Part shown: positions 24,269-36,363 of the stretch, in pieces
How the letters are laid out: each line of letters opens with the position of its first letter
How positions within the stretch are numbered: position 1 is the stretch's first letter
Assembly: GCF_000002075.1 (NCBI RefSeq)
Contig: NW_004797711.1
Span: forward strand, 358,538 to 422,537
DNA length: 64,000 nucleotides
Source: Aplysia californica
Lineage: Eukaryota
Direction: 5' to 3'
The notes under the pieces: model-generated
What the model was told of the DNA's origin: nothing
Seen by the model: only the letters and a program-made list of their open reading frames with translations
Database searches by the model: none
Made by a program: the position numbers and the translations under genes

Positions 24269-27200
24269 TCAGTCATTTAAATTCAGTCCATACTTTTCAT
24301 ACAGATCCTTTGTCTGCACGCCTTCAAGCACAGCTGTAGAGAGATCAGACAAAAAGCACATGGTTAGAAATAGTCAGACGAAATGAATGAAAGTTATTCC
24401 ATATGTCCCATTATCCCTTTAAAGTAACAAATATTTGCGGGGGGGGGGGGCAGGAAGCAGGAGTATTACTAACCTGGGAATCAGCATCTGTTTAGTATGA
24501 TTTTTTAAAAGTTTTACGGCGCTCGCAACTGCATAAGGTCATATGAGCGCCAGAACATTAGAGGTGTTACAAGAGAGTAACAAACATATAAAAGAAGGAG
24601 GAGGAATAAGGACGATAGATGTTTGATAGGAAAGAAGTTCAAGCAAACCACACCAGAGCACCCGCCAACTATCCATTGTTTCGTATAAGATAACACGTGT
24701 CTATAAAAATCTGAACAAAAGACTTGTTACCCAGCACACACTGCCAATAGGATTCGATCAGACTGAGTTGTGGCCAGTCAGATTTTCCTTCACGGAGATG
24801 CAAAAGCTACCATGTGGCACAATACGACCAATTAGACTCTCGACTTTGAAAACCCAAATACATTTGATTATGAAGGTCAAAGTAGAAATCAAGGACAGTT
24901 CCATCAAATTATGCCAAGATGGAAACTTTTGCTGCATTCATGAAGGGAAATCAAATTCAAACTAGCGCCAACTCCTATCAATGAATTATATTGGGAGAGT
25001 TCACACTGTATAAATTGTATACAACAGAGTAGTTCACTGTAAATATTTAACAGAATTATCTTCCAAAGACCCCCGGGAAGGATAGAACCATTCACTTGAT
25101 GTCATTTCACAGAAAAAATAATGCGCCTTACTAACTTCATCCTGCCATTCACAACAAAGACAATATTTTATTTTGTAACAATCAAGCAAAAAGTCAACGC
25201 CCTACACCCTAGAGTAAAATAAAAAACAAGTTGTAAAAACGAAGCCTTCTACTGGCTAGCGTTGATTCAAAGTTCAGGGACTTAACAAGAGAACTTTTAA
25301 CAGCAACACTAACAGAACCACATTACATACATTAGCTCAAAGGCTTATAGAAATCTCTAAATATCCTATAAACGGCAACACTTACAGAACAATGTTCATA
25401 GCTGCCAACTTATCAAAACCAAAACTGACACTAACCCACTTGCTACCACAGACATCGTTATATTTACAGACAGCCTTTCAATACTAGAGACACTTGAGAG
25501 TGGGACTGATGTGAACAGAGATATATCACACTGGATTTGGAGTCTACATCATTTGATAAGTAGGCACCAGATCAGAGTAGTCCTACAATGGATTCCTGCC
25601 CACACTGGGATACCGGGAAATGAAAGAGCTGATGCTCTGGCAAAGAAAGGAGCTAGCCTCCCTCAGCCTGAAATTCCTACTGATTACACCACCTGCTGCC
25701 AGATGATCAAGTCAAACCTCAAGGAAGAGTGGATGAACGATTGGGCCACAGGTACAAGAGGAAGGATGATGTATGGCCACATGAATAAACCACTGGTCAA
25801 AGATCCAATCAATGAGTTGAGGAGGGGAGATCAATCTATAACCTTCCAACTTAGAACACAACATGTACCCCTCAACCAACATCTCAACCGAATTGGAGTA
25901 AAGCAGTCTGCTGCCTGCCCACTATGTGACTACCCCTCAGAGACAGTGGAACATCATCTGTTCTTTTGTAGAAAACTGATTTAAGGGGATGTTTTCTTCC
26001 CAAGCTACCCCACACATCTAACTGCCTCTACTCCTCAAGACAACAATTAGAACAGACATGCAGCTATTACCGAATGGCATCATGCAGAAGAGTTAACGCT
26101 CAGAAGCTACAGGATCGCTAACAACATCAACATCAAAACAAAAAAAACTACTCTATCCTCAAGGCAGGTCAAGACTCTGGTCATTGACCAAGTTGTCCCC
26201 CTCCCAAACCCGTCACACTGCACGTGGTTCTCTCTGCATTCCATAAATCCGTGCCCTTATGGTATGGGACACAACTACAACAGACTCATGGGCTTTGTGC
26301 TCATTATTATTTGCCAAGTCCATAACTTTTTTATAACCATCTGCAAGTGCGAGAAAAGTTATACTAAAAAACAGGGAATACATATTTTCCAACACAAAAA
26401 TGATGGACTTCTGCACTAAGGCCCTAAAAATATTACATTAAATACAGCAAAGCACAGATAACTCAATACATCAGGGACTGACAAATGTGTGCAACACATC
26501 CATAATTCGGGTAAACTTTGCAACAAAATATCCAAGAGACATCAGCCCGAGAATGGCAAATTGTACAAGCTATCTGTGATTTCGAGCTTTCCAAGTTCAT
26601 GTTATCTGTGCCCGACTGTACGTTTTTAAACTGATTCCGTCCATTCGGCCGCTGACAGCGGCTCTGCACTTTTCCGCTGCATCCATTCGACCGCTGTGAG
26701 CGGCTCAACGAAATCCGAAACAAATGAGCACTTTTTAACTTAGTTCCTACTTTTTTTAGTTGTCGAAAGGAAGTAGAACTTGTAAACAAACCTGACCTCA
26801 ATCTCTGAGCGCCAATATCGATCGAAACTCCGGGAAATTTTCTATGTAGGCTAGATCTAAGGGTAAACAACGCGTAGCCTGGTGTAATAAAAAAGCCCTT
26901 CAAAGAAAGATATTCAACTAAATTTGTGAAATGCTTACATAAATGTGTGCTCGGGTGATATCGTTACAAGTTTGTGTTGATTCCTATGGATTATAAAGAC
27001 TCGTAGAGCTGAGAAAATGCGGTAAGTCGTAATTTTTGAAGAGGTGTTGCGCAATTTTTTTCCCCCATTCGTTTTTGTCTGACGAAAAATACAATACAAA
27101 CAGATTATAGATCATTGTTATTGATATAAACAGATTCCTCTATAGATTCCCATCACTTTGGTATATGACAATACCTATTAGAGTAACTTAGAGCTTCACA

Positions 27201-30200
27201 GTAATGCATTAAATAAATGCACCCCAGGTCTAAAACTGAACAAGGAAAAATAATTATGTCTAGAGCCTGAAAAAATCATGGACGGAATCAGTTAAGTACT
27301 GGTTGGGAGCTATCCACATCAATCTACAACGGAGTCAGCTGAAACAGAACACAGTTAACCCCCCAAAAAACAGCTGAAAACTGAAAGAAAAGAAAATCCC
27401 CAATTTTTTTCTTCTCTTTGAGCAGGTTTACTAAACCGAAAACCCGGTTAAACAAGAGAAAATTTGGCAGTCCTTTAGGTTTTGGTTTACGTGGATTCCA
27501 CTGCAGTTCAAACACTGACCGATTCTTCCAAGCAGCATCTGTCCTATATCCTTGATCTCGTTATACTCGTGCAGCTTTTCAATGTGCGTCTGGAGCTCAC
27601 TTTCTCTTAACCCTCTGTAGGTAGAAAGAAAAATAACAGGTTTTTGGGGGTTATTTTTTTCAGTCTGAGTAAGTAAGAGTTTTACAGCATTTGAAACACC
27701 CTACATCATACAAGAGGTGCCAAAGATTAGAGGTGTTACTAGAGAGTAACATACAAAGTGTAAAGTCAAAGAGCGAAAAAGGAAAAAGTAAGACAGACAG
27801 ACCGCAACAACAGTCGGAAAGAAAAGTGGAGTGGCTGAGCATGGACGGCATCAAGTATTCCATAAAAAATCTTTTTAAAAAAAGATTTAAAGTATTTTCA
27901 AAAAATTACAACTTTGAAATCATGTTTAAAATTTATAAACAATCACCACAACAAAAGGCTGTCATGAGCCTAAGCTATGATAGTGGCCCATAAGGGATAA
28001 AAAAAATCTAAAAATCTAGGGACACGCCTTGGCACAAAGGGGCAGGCTGCACTAACACAAAACTACAATACTTTGATGCTGTCCCCGTGGTCTTATGCAC
28101 CCCGCATAATATTTAGGAAAATTTGATCATTTAAAAAATAATTTCTGATTATTTTCCTTTATCATTCTTTGTTAAAATTAACAGAATTGCATTATAATTT
28201 CACATTTTTGGGCTCAGTTTGCATAATTTCATAATTTTTTTTGCACAAAACCCACGGGGACTGTTTGATGTTAAGTAATAGGGGCTGCAAAATATCATCA
28301 CGAGGGACTCGATTGGCCCATAGTATAGGCCGAGAAGCTGAGACTCCTGGTCCACAGCAGAAAGGAGAACTGAAGAGGACAAATGTGGAAAGAACATCAC
28401 TTGCCTGGACTCCAACTCCGTGATATCTTCTTTAGTCTCTTGCAACTTTTTCTTGAGATGTTCAATTTGTTGCTTCGCTTCCGACGCTGAGGATGGGGCC
28501 TCTCTCTGTGAGCACTGAAAGCAGACCCAGAAGATACTTTTAGGAAATTTAAACCACAGTTGAGTAAATGGCTTAACTTAAAAAATGAAAATGTAGGTGT
28601 TTTTAACCCCCTCCCCCCCCTCGAGACAATTTAGGAGGCGGGCTTCCAACATTGCCTGTCAGGGCCAAACCGTGATAAATGGGATATAATATAAAATCCC
28701 AGCAGAAAGACCCGGACACTCAATAAAAATTCTCCTCACTTGGGAATCAAACTCAGGTCTCCTGTGGGCGACAGCAAAATGCCTAACTGCTACACCACAG
28801 ATACTGGTCCTTAACTTTAAAAAAAAAAAAATTAATGAAAGGTTAAGCACAAAGGCGAGACCCTCATACATTAACAGTAGTGTCCTGATAAATCTCTACA
28901 TTTGGGAAAAAAAGGCAAGCTCTTAAGACAAGCAACAAAACTATAGATAGGCCTACACATGAAAAAACCCAAAATAACCTTGGCTCCTCTTAAAATCTAC
29001 AATTGAAAGAAGTCACAAAATGGCAGAAAAACAATATGCAGCCCACATCTAAATACTGACAGTGAAGTCTGCCCTTGTAAAAGAAAGGGGGGGGGGGGGG
29101 CGCACCACCACGAAGACCTGCACAGTGACATTCCAAAAACTAAAGTCCAAGAAATCGAAAAGACAGAGTACACCAATATCATGAAAATACAAATTAAGGC
29201 CTCCAACTCCCACCAAGAATACTTCCAGAACGTGAACAATACCTTAAGGGATAAAGAAAATATCACTGAGCAATGCATGGTGGGCGAAAAGCACTGGGCT
29301 CACTGGACCTTACAGATTTCTTGATTTCATGGTCGCCTAAGTTCACATTATCTATCATCAACAGAAAGTGCGTTAATGCATGAACCAGATAACACAAGCG
29401 TTCAACATTGCAGCTGTTGTCAACAAAGATTTACAAGGAGCTGGCAGGAAAAAGAGTGGCCTGTAAATCCGGGTCAAAGGATGATTTAGTTTTAGTAAGA
29501 GTTTTACAGCACTTGCAACCCAATTATGTCATATAGGAGCTGAAGATTAGAGGTCCTATTAGAGTATATTATGAAGAAAAGAAGGAATGGAAATAAGGAT
29601 GATAAACATTTGATAAAATAAAGGAGCAAACCACACGAGAGAACCCCCCAACAACCATCCAAAGAAAGAAATGGATAACTAAATGTGGGATTCAAGACGC
29701 ACACTGACACTCAAAACTTTGGGGCATCTTTAACATAACCAGTGCAGTCAAAATTCTAAACTCTCCATCTCATAGTCATAGATACAAATAGCTGGGATCT
29801 GTTCATTTTTTTCTATCCCCAAGTGCAGTTCTAACTCCCAAATCTATGCTTGCAAGCTTTAATTAGTTTTATGCCTCTAGTCTACTTTGTTAGTTTGCTT
29901 GTTAGATTAAAGAGAAGTCCACCCAAACAATAATGGTCATTTAGTGCTGGGAAGAATTACGAGAGAAACACACGAACAACAGAGGGAAAGAAAAGAAATA
30001 GGACCTACCAGTAGTGTCCTCCATTCACCCGTGGTCTACCTTTGAACAGAATTTGAATTCCACCCACAGAGATAGGAAAAAAATAGGAAAAAAAATTCTA
30101 ATGTAGGTGTTTCTACACCCTCATTGACACAATTTAGACTTTTCAGGAGGCAGGTTTCCCACAATGCATGTCAGGGCCAACCAGATCTGAGATTGAGAGG

Positions 30201-33200
30201 CTTACATCACTTACAACTTCCCAGCAGAAACACTGAGATACATAATAAAACTTCTCCTCATTCGGGAATCAAATCTGTGTCTCCTGCATGCGACAGCGAA
30301 ACACCTAACCACTATACCACAGACACTGGTCTAGAAAAACAGTGCTAGCAAAAAAAACCATGAACAAACTAATTCAATCAAATTTAATCTCAATTGTTGA
30401 TCGCAGAGGTACTTACAGCTTTAGTCAAAGGCGACTTAAATTGCTTTGCAAGAGGGGACTTGAACTGTTTCACACTGGTCGTGCTCTTGAAAGCAGCACT
30501 GAAAATAACATGATTGCTGAGATTAACACAAATGATGGATAAAAACACCAACCAACAGAGTAAGGGATAAAAACATCATTCGGAACACAAATATTCAGAG
30601 TAAAAGGAGATGGGAATACAACCCAGAGTCCGGTGATGGCATCTGCCCCACAAGCTTACTTAACAGACAAGGCCAAAGCTCATAAAATTCACACTGAGGA
30701 CAGAACAAGTCAAATAGACCCGTTGAGGAATTGTTGATGATATAATGACATGTAGGCTATCTGAATTAAAGCTTAAAAATTATAAAGCTTCTTTCACCAA
30801 AATCTCCAAGGCGGAATTGTGCATGATGCAAGCAAGCAACGCGAGTCTCTAATAGCATGAAGCAACAGATAAACTGCATTATAAACTATATCATGTAATA
30901 AAAAAAACAGAGCTCCAAATAAGAGAAAAAGGGGACTCCATTGTGAGTAAATATATTAACATATCATTCATACCTTTTATATAATCAATAATAATCATTC
31001 TGTTCTGAGTAAATTAACACAAGAAATGATAAGAGTTGTAATGGTAATGGAATTTACACTGAGCTTTTAGAGAAAGGAAATTAGGTTTTAGCTGAACTGA
31101 CAGGAAAGATCATTTATGTTGTCTTGACCAACACTTCCATCCAACAAATACAGAGAAGATCAAATATATATATATACATCTGCACCAGAACGAAGAGTTT
31201 TTGCCTTCAAACAGAATAAAACCAGAATGTAAAATTAGAAAACTAACAGCAGCACATGAAGCCAAGATAACAGGTCTGGCCCTACTTATTTAGAAGTCAT
31301 TTTACAACATCTACAAGTTCGCCGGTATCGGGGCACAGAATACAAATATATCAGACACTTTACTCCATCATTTTACCACCTTACAGTGTCTTACCATCAG
31401 CATTTACTCCTGATAAGAATCAATTCTTTTCTTTATAAACATTGCAACATTGCCATTCACAAGGTTCATGAACAAAAAGAAATGCTCTAGAGTAAAGATC
31501 TAAGGAGGAATTCAACTAGATAACCATCCTCGTCAACTGCCCCCCCCCCCCCAAAAAAAAAGTAATGCATAGTTTTGAAAAAAAGTAGGCCTAATTAAGT
31601 GTTTTGGTTACAAAGTGTGTAGTGCATTTCAAACTTGATCTAAAAATTAACCATGTAAAACCACTTATTATATTTATTGAATTAATAAAAAATAGTACTC
31701 AATAAAAGCAAGGGTACCCAGAATTCCTTTTAAGTTTGAAACACCTGCTGAACATCGGAGTCTAATTGAAAAAAACCCCAATACAATAGGGTGGATAAAT
31801 TGTTACAGTATAAATTTAATGAATAATGTTACATCACATGTCACGATGCAGTGGAATCAGGTGCTCATCAATTTTTGGCCATGTGGAGATTTGGGTGTCA
31901 TCCAAAAAGTTGTTTATTTTTGTCTATCTTTTGATTTAAAAAAAAATGTCCATCTAACTTGAAAAGAAGTTGAGACACTTCTGATTTAAGGAAGTGGCGT
32001 CGCCTGATTTTCCAGAGATAAAATAACTTATTTAATAAGTAGTGAGAAAATGGCTGCCAAAGTTTGGTGACTTCTATAGTTGATTAAGAGTCTTTGTGAA
32101 CTGAAAATTTACATTTTTTGTGCCTTTAATCAATGTATTTCAGAAAAATCCCCACAGAAATGTGCTATTGAACTGACGAGTACCAGTCATTTCGTCACAC
32201 GGTCATTTCGTCACTACCGTGCCAAATCCACAAGAATTAAGAATAGATTCAAAAACTGTAAAATATGTATTGACAATATTGAAATATCTCTAGTCAGATC
32301 AACAAAGTTTTTAGGTATCATTGTTACTGCTGAGAAGTGTGATTGGCAAGATCATATTAGTTCTGTTAAAAATAAATTAGATGTACTGCAATTTTGCTAA
32401 AAGCTAGACCCTTGCTTTTAAATGTGAAGCCTTACGACGGTACTAACTCTTTACCAGACATTGTTTTCGCCTTATTCAAACTATTTTTCAACTATGGAAC
32501 AGCTCAGACGAAGATTTAATTTACATTAATAATTTATTTAACTTTTAAAAAAAAGCTTTAGGCTTAAGTTACTTAAAAAACAAGAGGACACGGCCAAACG
32601 ATTTCGTGTTTAAATTGATGATTGAGAATAAAGACTGCGCTGGTGCTGATCCTCCCAAACTTTACAAGCATGACAATTTCGGAGAGAAAACGAAGTCATT
32701 TCGTCACACATAACTGGGGTGTGACGAGATGACCTCAAACCACTAGGTCAAATCATCAAATCAAATCACCAGCATGATAAGTTGAGTCTAGCCTAAGCTT
32801 CAAGTCCACACCAACTAGCAACTCGCGAAGCCACTCGTGTCAGACCCCCTCATCCTCCCCATCCTGCTTGCAATCCGCGAAGCCACTTACGTCAGAAAAA
32901 GAGAGAGGGGGGGGGGGAGAGTGAGAGATTCCACTCACAGTGTCACTGCGCGGCGTAGCGCTGGAGTCTGCTCTATTAACCGAAGGCTTGCGAGCAGCGG
33001 ACAGCCGTCAAGTTTCAAATCTCGGTCGCAGCAAAGCAAGTCCCATGAGTCCCATTGTCTTGCTTTGTGCCAGTGACTTGCTCACAGCCCGGCAAGTCTC
33101 TCGGCTCCCATTTTTTGCTTTGGCTCCCAGTACCAGCTCGCAACCTGGCAAATCACTTGGCTGACTTGTTGTAGCAGCGAGCAGCAAGACCGCTTGCAGT

Positions 33201-36007
33201 GTGAACTCTGAACCGTGGAGGAAGGGAGAGGCTGTGCTTGTTTGGTGCAAGACGTAGAGAGCCGAAGTTATTTTTAACTTCCCGCCGCTGATCAGCTTAG
33301 CGAGTGGATAAGTGAGAGGGAGTGTGGTATTGCAGTAACAGAGACCTAGGTTTCTGGTAGTAATAAGAATAAGTAGACTTAGATTACCCTAGAATGGAAA
33401 ACTCCAGGGGTCGTTGTGATTGGCTTTTGTATCGTATTTATGTAACCTATTGCATGTAGATGTTTTACATTCACAGTGACATTATACAGAACATTTAGGA
33501 GACGGGCTAGGCCTACTTCAACCCAGTGTCAGGGCCAACCTGGGCTGAGAGGGAGCAATGCACTAGCAGAAAGACGGAGGTTCTCGGTAAAAATTTCTTC
33601 CCATACAGGAATTGAACTGAGGTCTTTTGAGTGCGACGACGAAGCGCTTGGCTCGTGCACATTAAAAACACACAGGCCTTTGCATCGTAAGAATAGCCGA
33701 TCCATTATTAATTTTTAAGTGCATTGAATAGAGCTTTTTATTTAGCAATGCCAATCGGGCTTTCACGCACGGCGAAAATTTGTCCCCGTTTACGGGCGAT
33801 TTTGCGGACCCAGCCGAAGTGTAGGTGACTAACTTTGTCAACCTCGGTCTGCTCTATTTCCGAACCAATCCGAATGAAACTCGGCAACCAATCAGAAAAT
33901 AGGGCAAACTAAATATATGTGGACGTTGAAGTTCGTACACATAAATTAACCTATACTTTTGGTGTCGGGAACACTTTTGCATCGTGTACACCGAAAACTA
34001 TAAGGAGTTTGAATTTCAACGCCCAGATGGTAATAGATCTATCTATCCTCTATAGTGTGCTCAAATTTGAACGTTCTGTGTCAAGTAGTTGTTTAGACCC
34101 GATCATAAATGCACAACTACCCCCCTATCCAAAGCGGCTTCGCACGGAGACCGGCCATTTTCCCTTCACTCTCGTGGCAAATGTATGTGACCTACAAATC
34201 CCCGCTTGACTATTCCGGGCCCGTTCATTGGTCACTTGAAATAGGGCAATGGCGCGCGCGCGCATCCGGTTGTTTTTCTCTCTATTCCCCTGTAACATCG
34301 CAATGGGGGTATTCCGAGGCGAGGTTATCTCGTCTCGGGGTGTTCGCGTCTCAACGGGGAAACGGAATTTTTAATTGTACGGCATGCTAGATTGAATTAA
34401 CTTATCTTTTAAGGTTGGCATGGTCTAAAGTCATCATAAAAAGCTTTGCAATTATTTAGTCACGCTGCCGACATATATTCTTAAAGATCCCAGGTTGTGA
34501 TACGATGCTATAAATAAAATGTATTAAAAATGGACTCATCCCGACACCCCTTTTTCGCAAAATCGTAATGTATGTATACCAAAATTTTAATTATAACAAA
34601 ATAACTACGAAATGGGTAGTAAATCTGACTGCAGAAATTATTTCTACATTCAAAAACACATCGGGTAGCCAAGTTTCTCTCGAACACTGATTAGTTACCG
34701 AGATATCGTCGATTTTCTTACAGAATCTGCTACTGTTTTTTGTTTTTTTACCAAACTTTTTAGGAGTATTTTCCTATATGTGGGTCATCCATATTTTGCC
34801 GACCTTTACAACCCCATAACTTTTTTATTTATGAACCGATTCTTAAAATTCAAGAAGCATAATTCTTAGAATTGAAAATTCTTTCTTAGGTACCAAAATA
34901 AAAAGGGCTAAAGTGAAAATTTAAATTTTCATTGGCATTGCTATTTTATTTTTTACGACCCGACTATGGAAAAAAAACAATCTTGCACTTTTGGTGCAAG
35001 CCTCTCAAAGCAAATAACCAGAATCTTCTGTAATATGTACTGAGCCCACAGCCATGAGAGTCGCGACGTCACGACGCAGTAGAGCAAGACTGTCTGAGAG
35101 TCACAATTCACCGGAAGTTCCCCCGGTAGCAAGCGGGAGGCAAAGCAAAGCACAAGCCTGCTCGCAAGCCTCTAGCGCAAGCTGTCCGCTGCTCGCAAGC
35201 CTTCGATTAGTCGAGCAGACTCCAGCTGTCTAATTTTGAAGAGCGCCTGATTTCACCATGATGACTCACATTTAATGATTTATGTATAGATCTACATATG
35301 ATCATAACATTTGTGAAATTTCTCCATTGTATAGAATCCCAAATCTCCACCATTTGTGAAAAACCTGTGGTTTAGATACAGACAGCAGACTGTTTAAGCA
35401 GTGACCTGTACCAGGTCAGTCTGTCTATAATGGCGAGGTAGTGTGCACTCCATTCTGGCTCTGGTGACTGACTGGTACTGGTATGGTACGAAAAAACAAC
35501 TAGCAACTGTCACAATTCAATCATCAATGCTGTGTCCGGTGTTTTTGATGGCAGCACAATGATGCTCATGTAGAGTGCAGTAGAGTATTAGAGTAGGACT
35601 TAGCCCAGTAGGACTATAATTATATCACCCAGTGGCTCATCTGAACTGACTTGCTAAAGCCAAAGGCATAGGCATATCTATAGTATAGGTGGGTTATAGG
35701 CCCACGTCTGCCCTACTCACCAAGCAACAAACAATGAAGAAATGAATGTACAGCTTTAAAAGTTTCACTGATGACCGATGAAGCCATGGGCATGGATGAT
35801 GGTGCGACCCAGGAACGGGTAAAACTGCGTGAAGAGTGTACTAAACTAAGATACTAAGTCGTCTAAGTCTAAGTGGCCAAGGGTAAACATACATACAAAG
35901 AAAAAGCTTTAGCTTTAGCTAAAATTAAAGCTTCAAGTAAACCAGAAGGCCTCGAGTGAGTGCAGGTCTTTTTTGTTTACATACCTTCTCTTCATCTCAC
36001 GAACCAT
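24269..36007 (-). CDS. SWI5: DNA repair protein SWI5 homolog (SWI5-SFR1 complex), 124 aa; complement(join(24269..24333,27520..27614,28405..28514,30417..30498,35985..36007))
   Basis: The spliced translation is MVREMKRSAAFKSTTSVKQFKSPLAKQFKSPLTKACSQREAPSSASEAKQQIEHLKKKLQETKEDITELESRGLRESELQTHIEKLHEYNEIKDIGQMLLGRIAVLEGVQTKDLYEKYGLNLND*. It contains the Swi5 signature HI.KLHEYN.IKD.GQML.G..A...GV.TK.LY..(F/Y)GL. Exon phases (2,0,2,1) are all compatible. The first coding exon is the least certain. Confidence 0.92.
25441..26135 (+). mobile_element. LINE 3' fragment with RNase H and CCHC finger (I/Nimb/Ingi group)
   Basis: IVIFTDSLS...LQWIPAHTGIPGNERADALAK (RNase H), then QLRTQH...CPLC...ETVEHHLFFC and a short CAACAT tail. 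Confidence 0.85.
32960..35226. mobile_element. Non-autonomous DNA element with 46-bp TIRs in SWI5 intron 1
   Basis: GCTGGAGTCTGCTCTATTAACCGAAGGCTTGCGAGCAGCGGACAGC (32960-33005) is inverted at 35181-35226 with 3 mismatches. Confidence 0.7.
33739..34950. mobile_element. Helentron-associated (HINE/pearl-like) or other non-autonomous element, nested
   Basis: Perfect 13-bp inverted repeat TAGCAATGCCAAT (33743-33755) / ATTGGCATTGCTA (34931-34943) within T-rich flanks, with no TSD. The class is inferred. Confidence 0.45.
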
Positions 36008-36363
36008 GAAAATAAAACGTAGCCAACGTTCGTTCGGCAAACAAATTTACACACTCCTCCACCACCACGATTCGAGTTCGTTCGGCCTCCGTTCAGCTCA
36101 GTCTGTGGTGTTCTCAGTAGTCTTGTCCCCAGATATCCTCTACTATTCACGCAGAAACGAACTCAGAGGATCAATATTTGGTTTGTCTGGATATTTTGCC
36201 CCTTTCACTGCTCCTGGTTGTTGTCGGGATTTAGTTTATAAGTCATAAGTTAACAACACATAGATCTAGATCTAGATCTAGATCTAGTCATAATACATGA
36301 ATGTAGAGATATTTTTGTTTACAAACAAACCGCCGCTTTCATTTTTATTCGTTTCAGCCAAAT

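Noticed and set aside
26463-26903. 146-aa minus-strand ORF in SWI5 intron 4
   Set aside because: No recognisable domain and a non-ATG start; probably repeat-derived.
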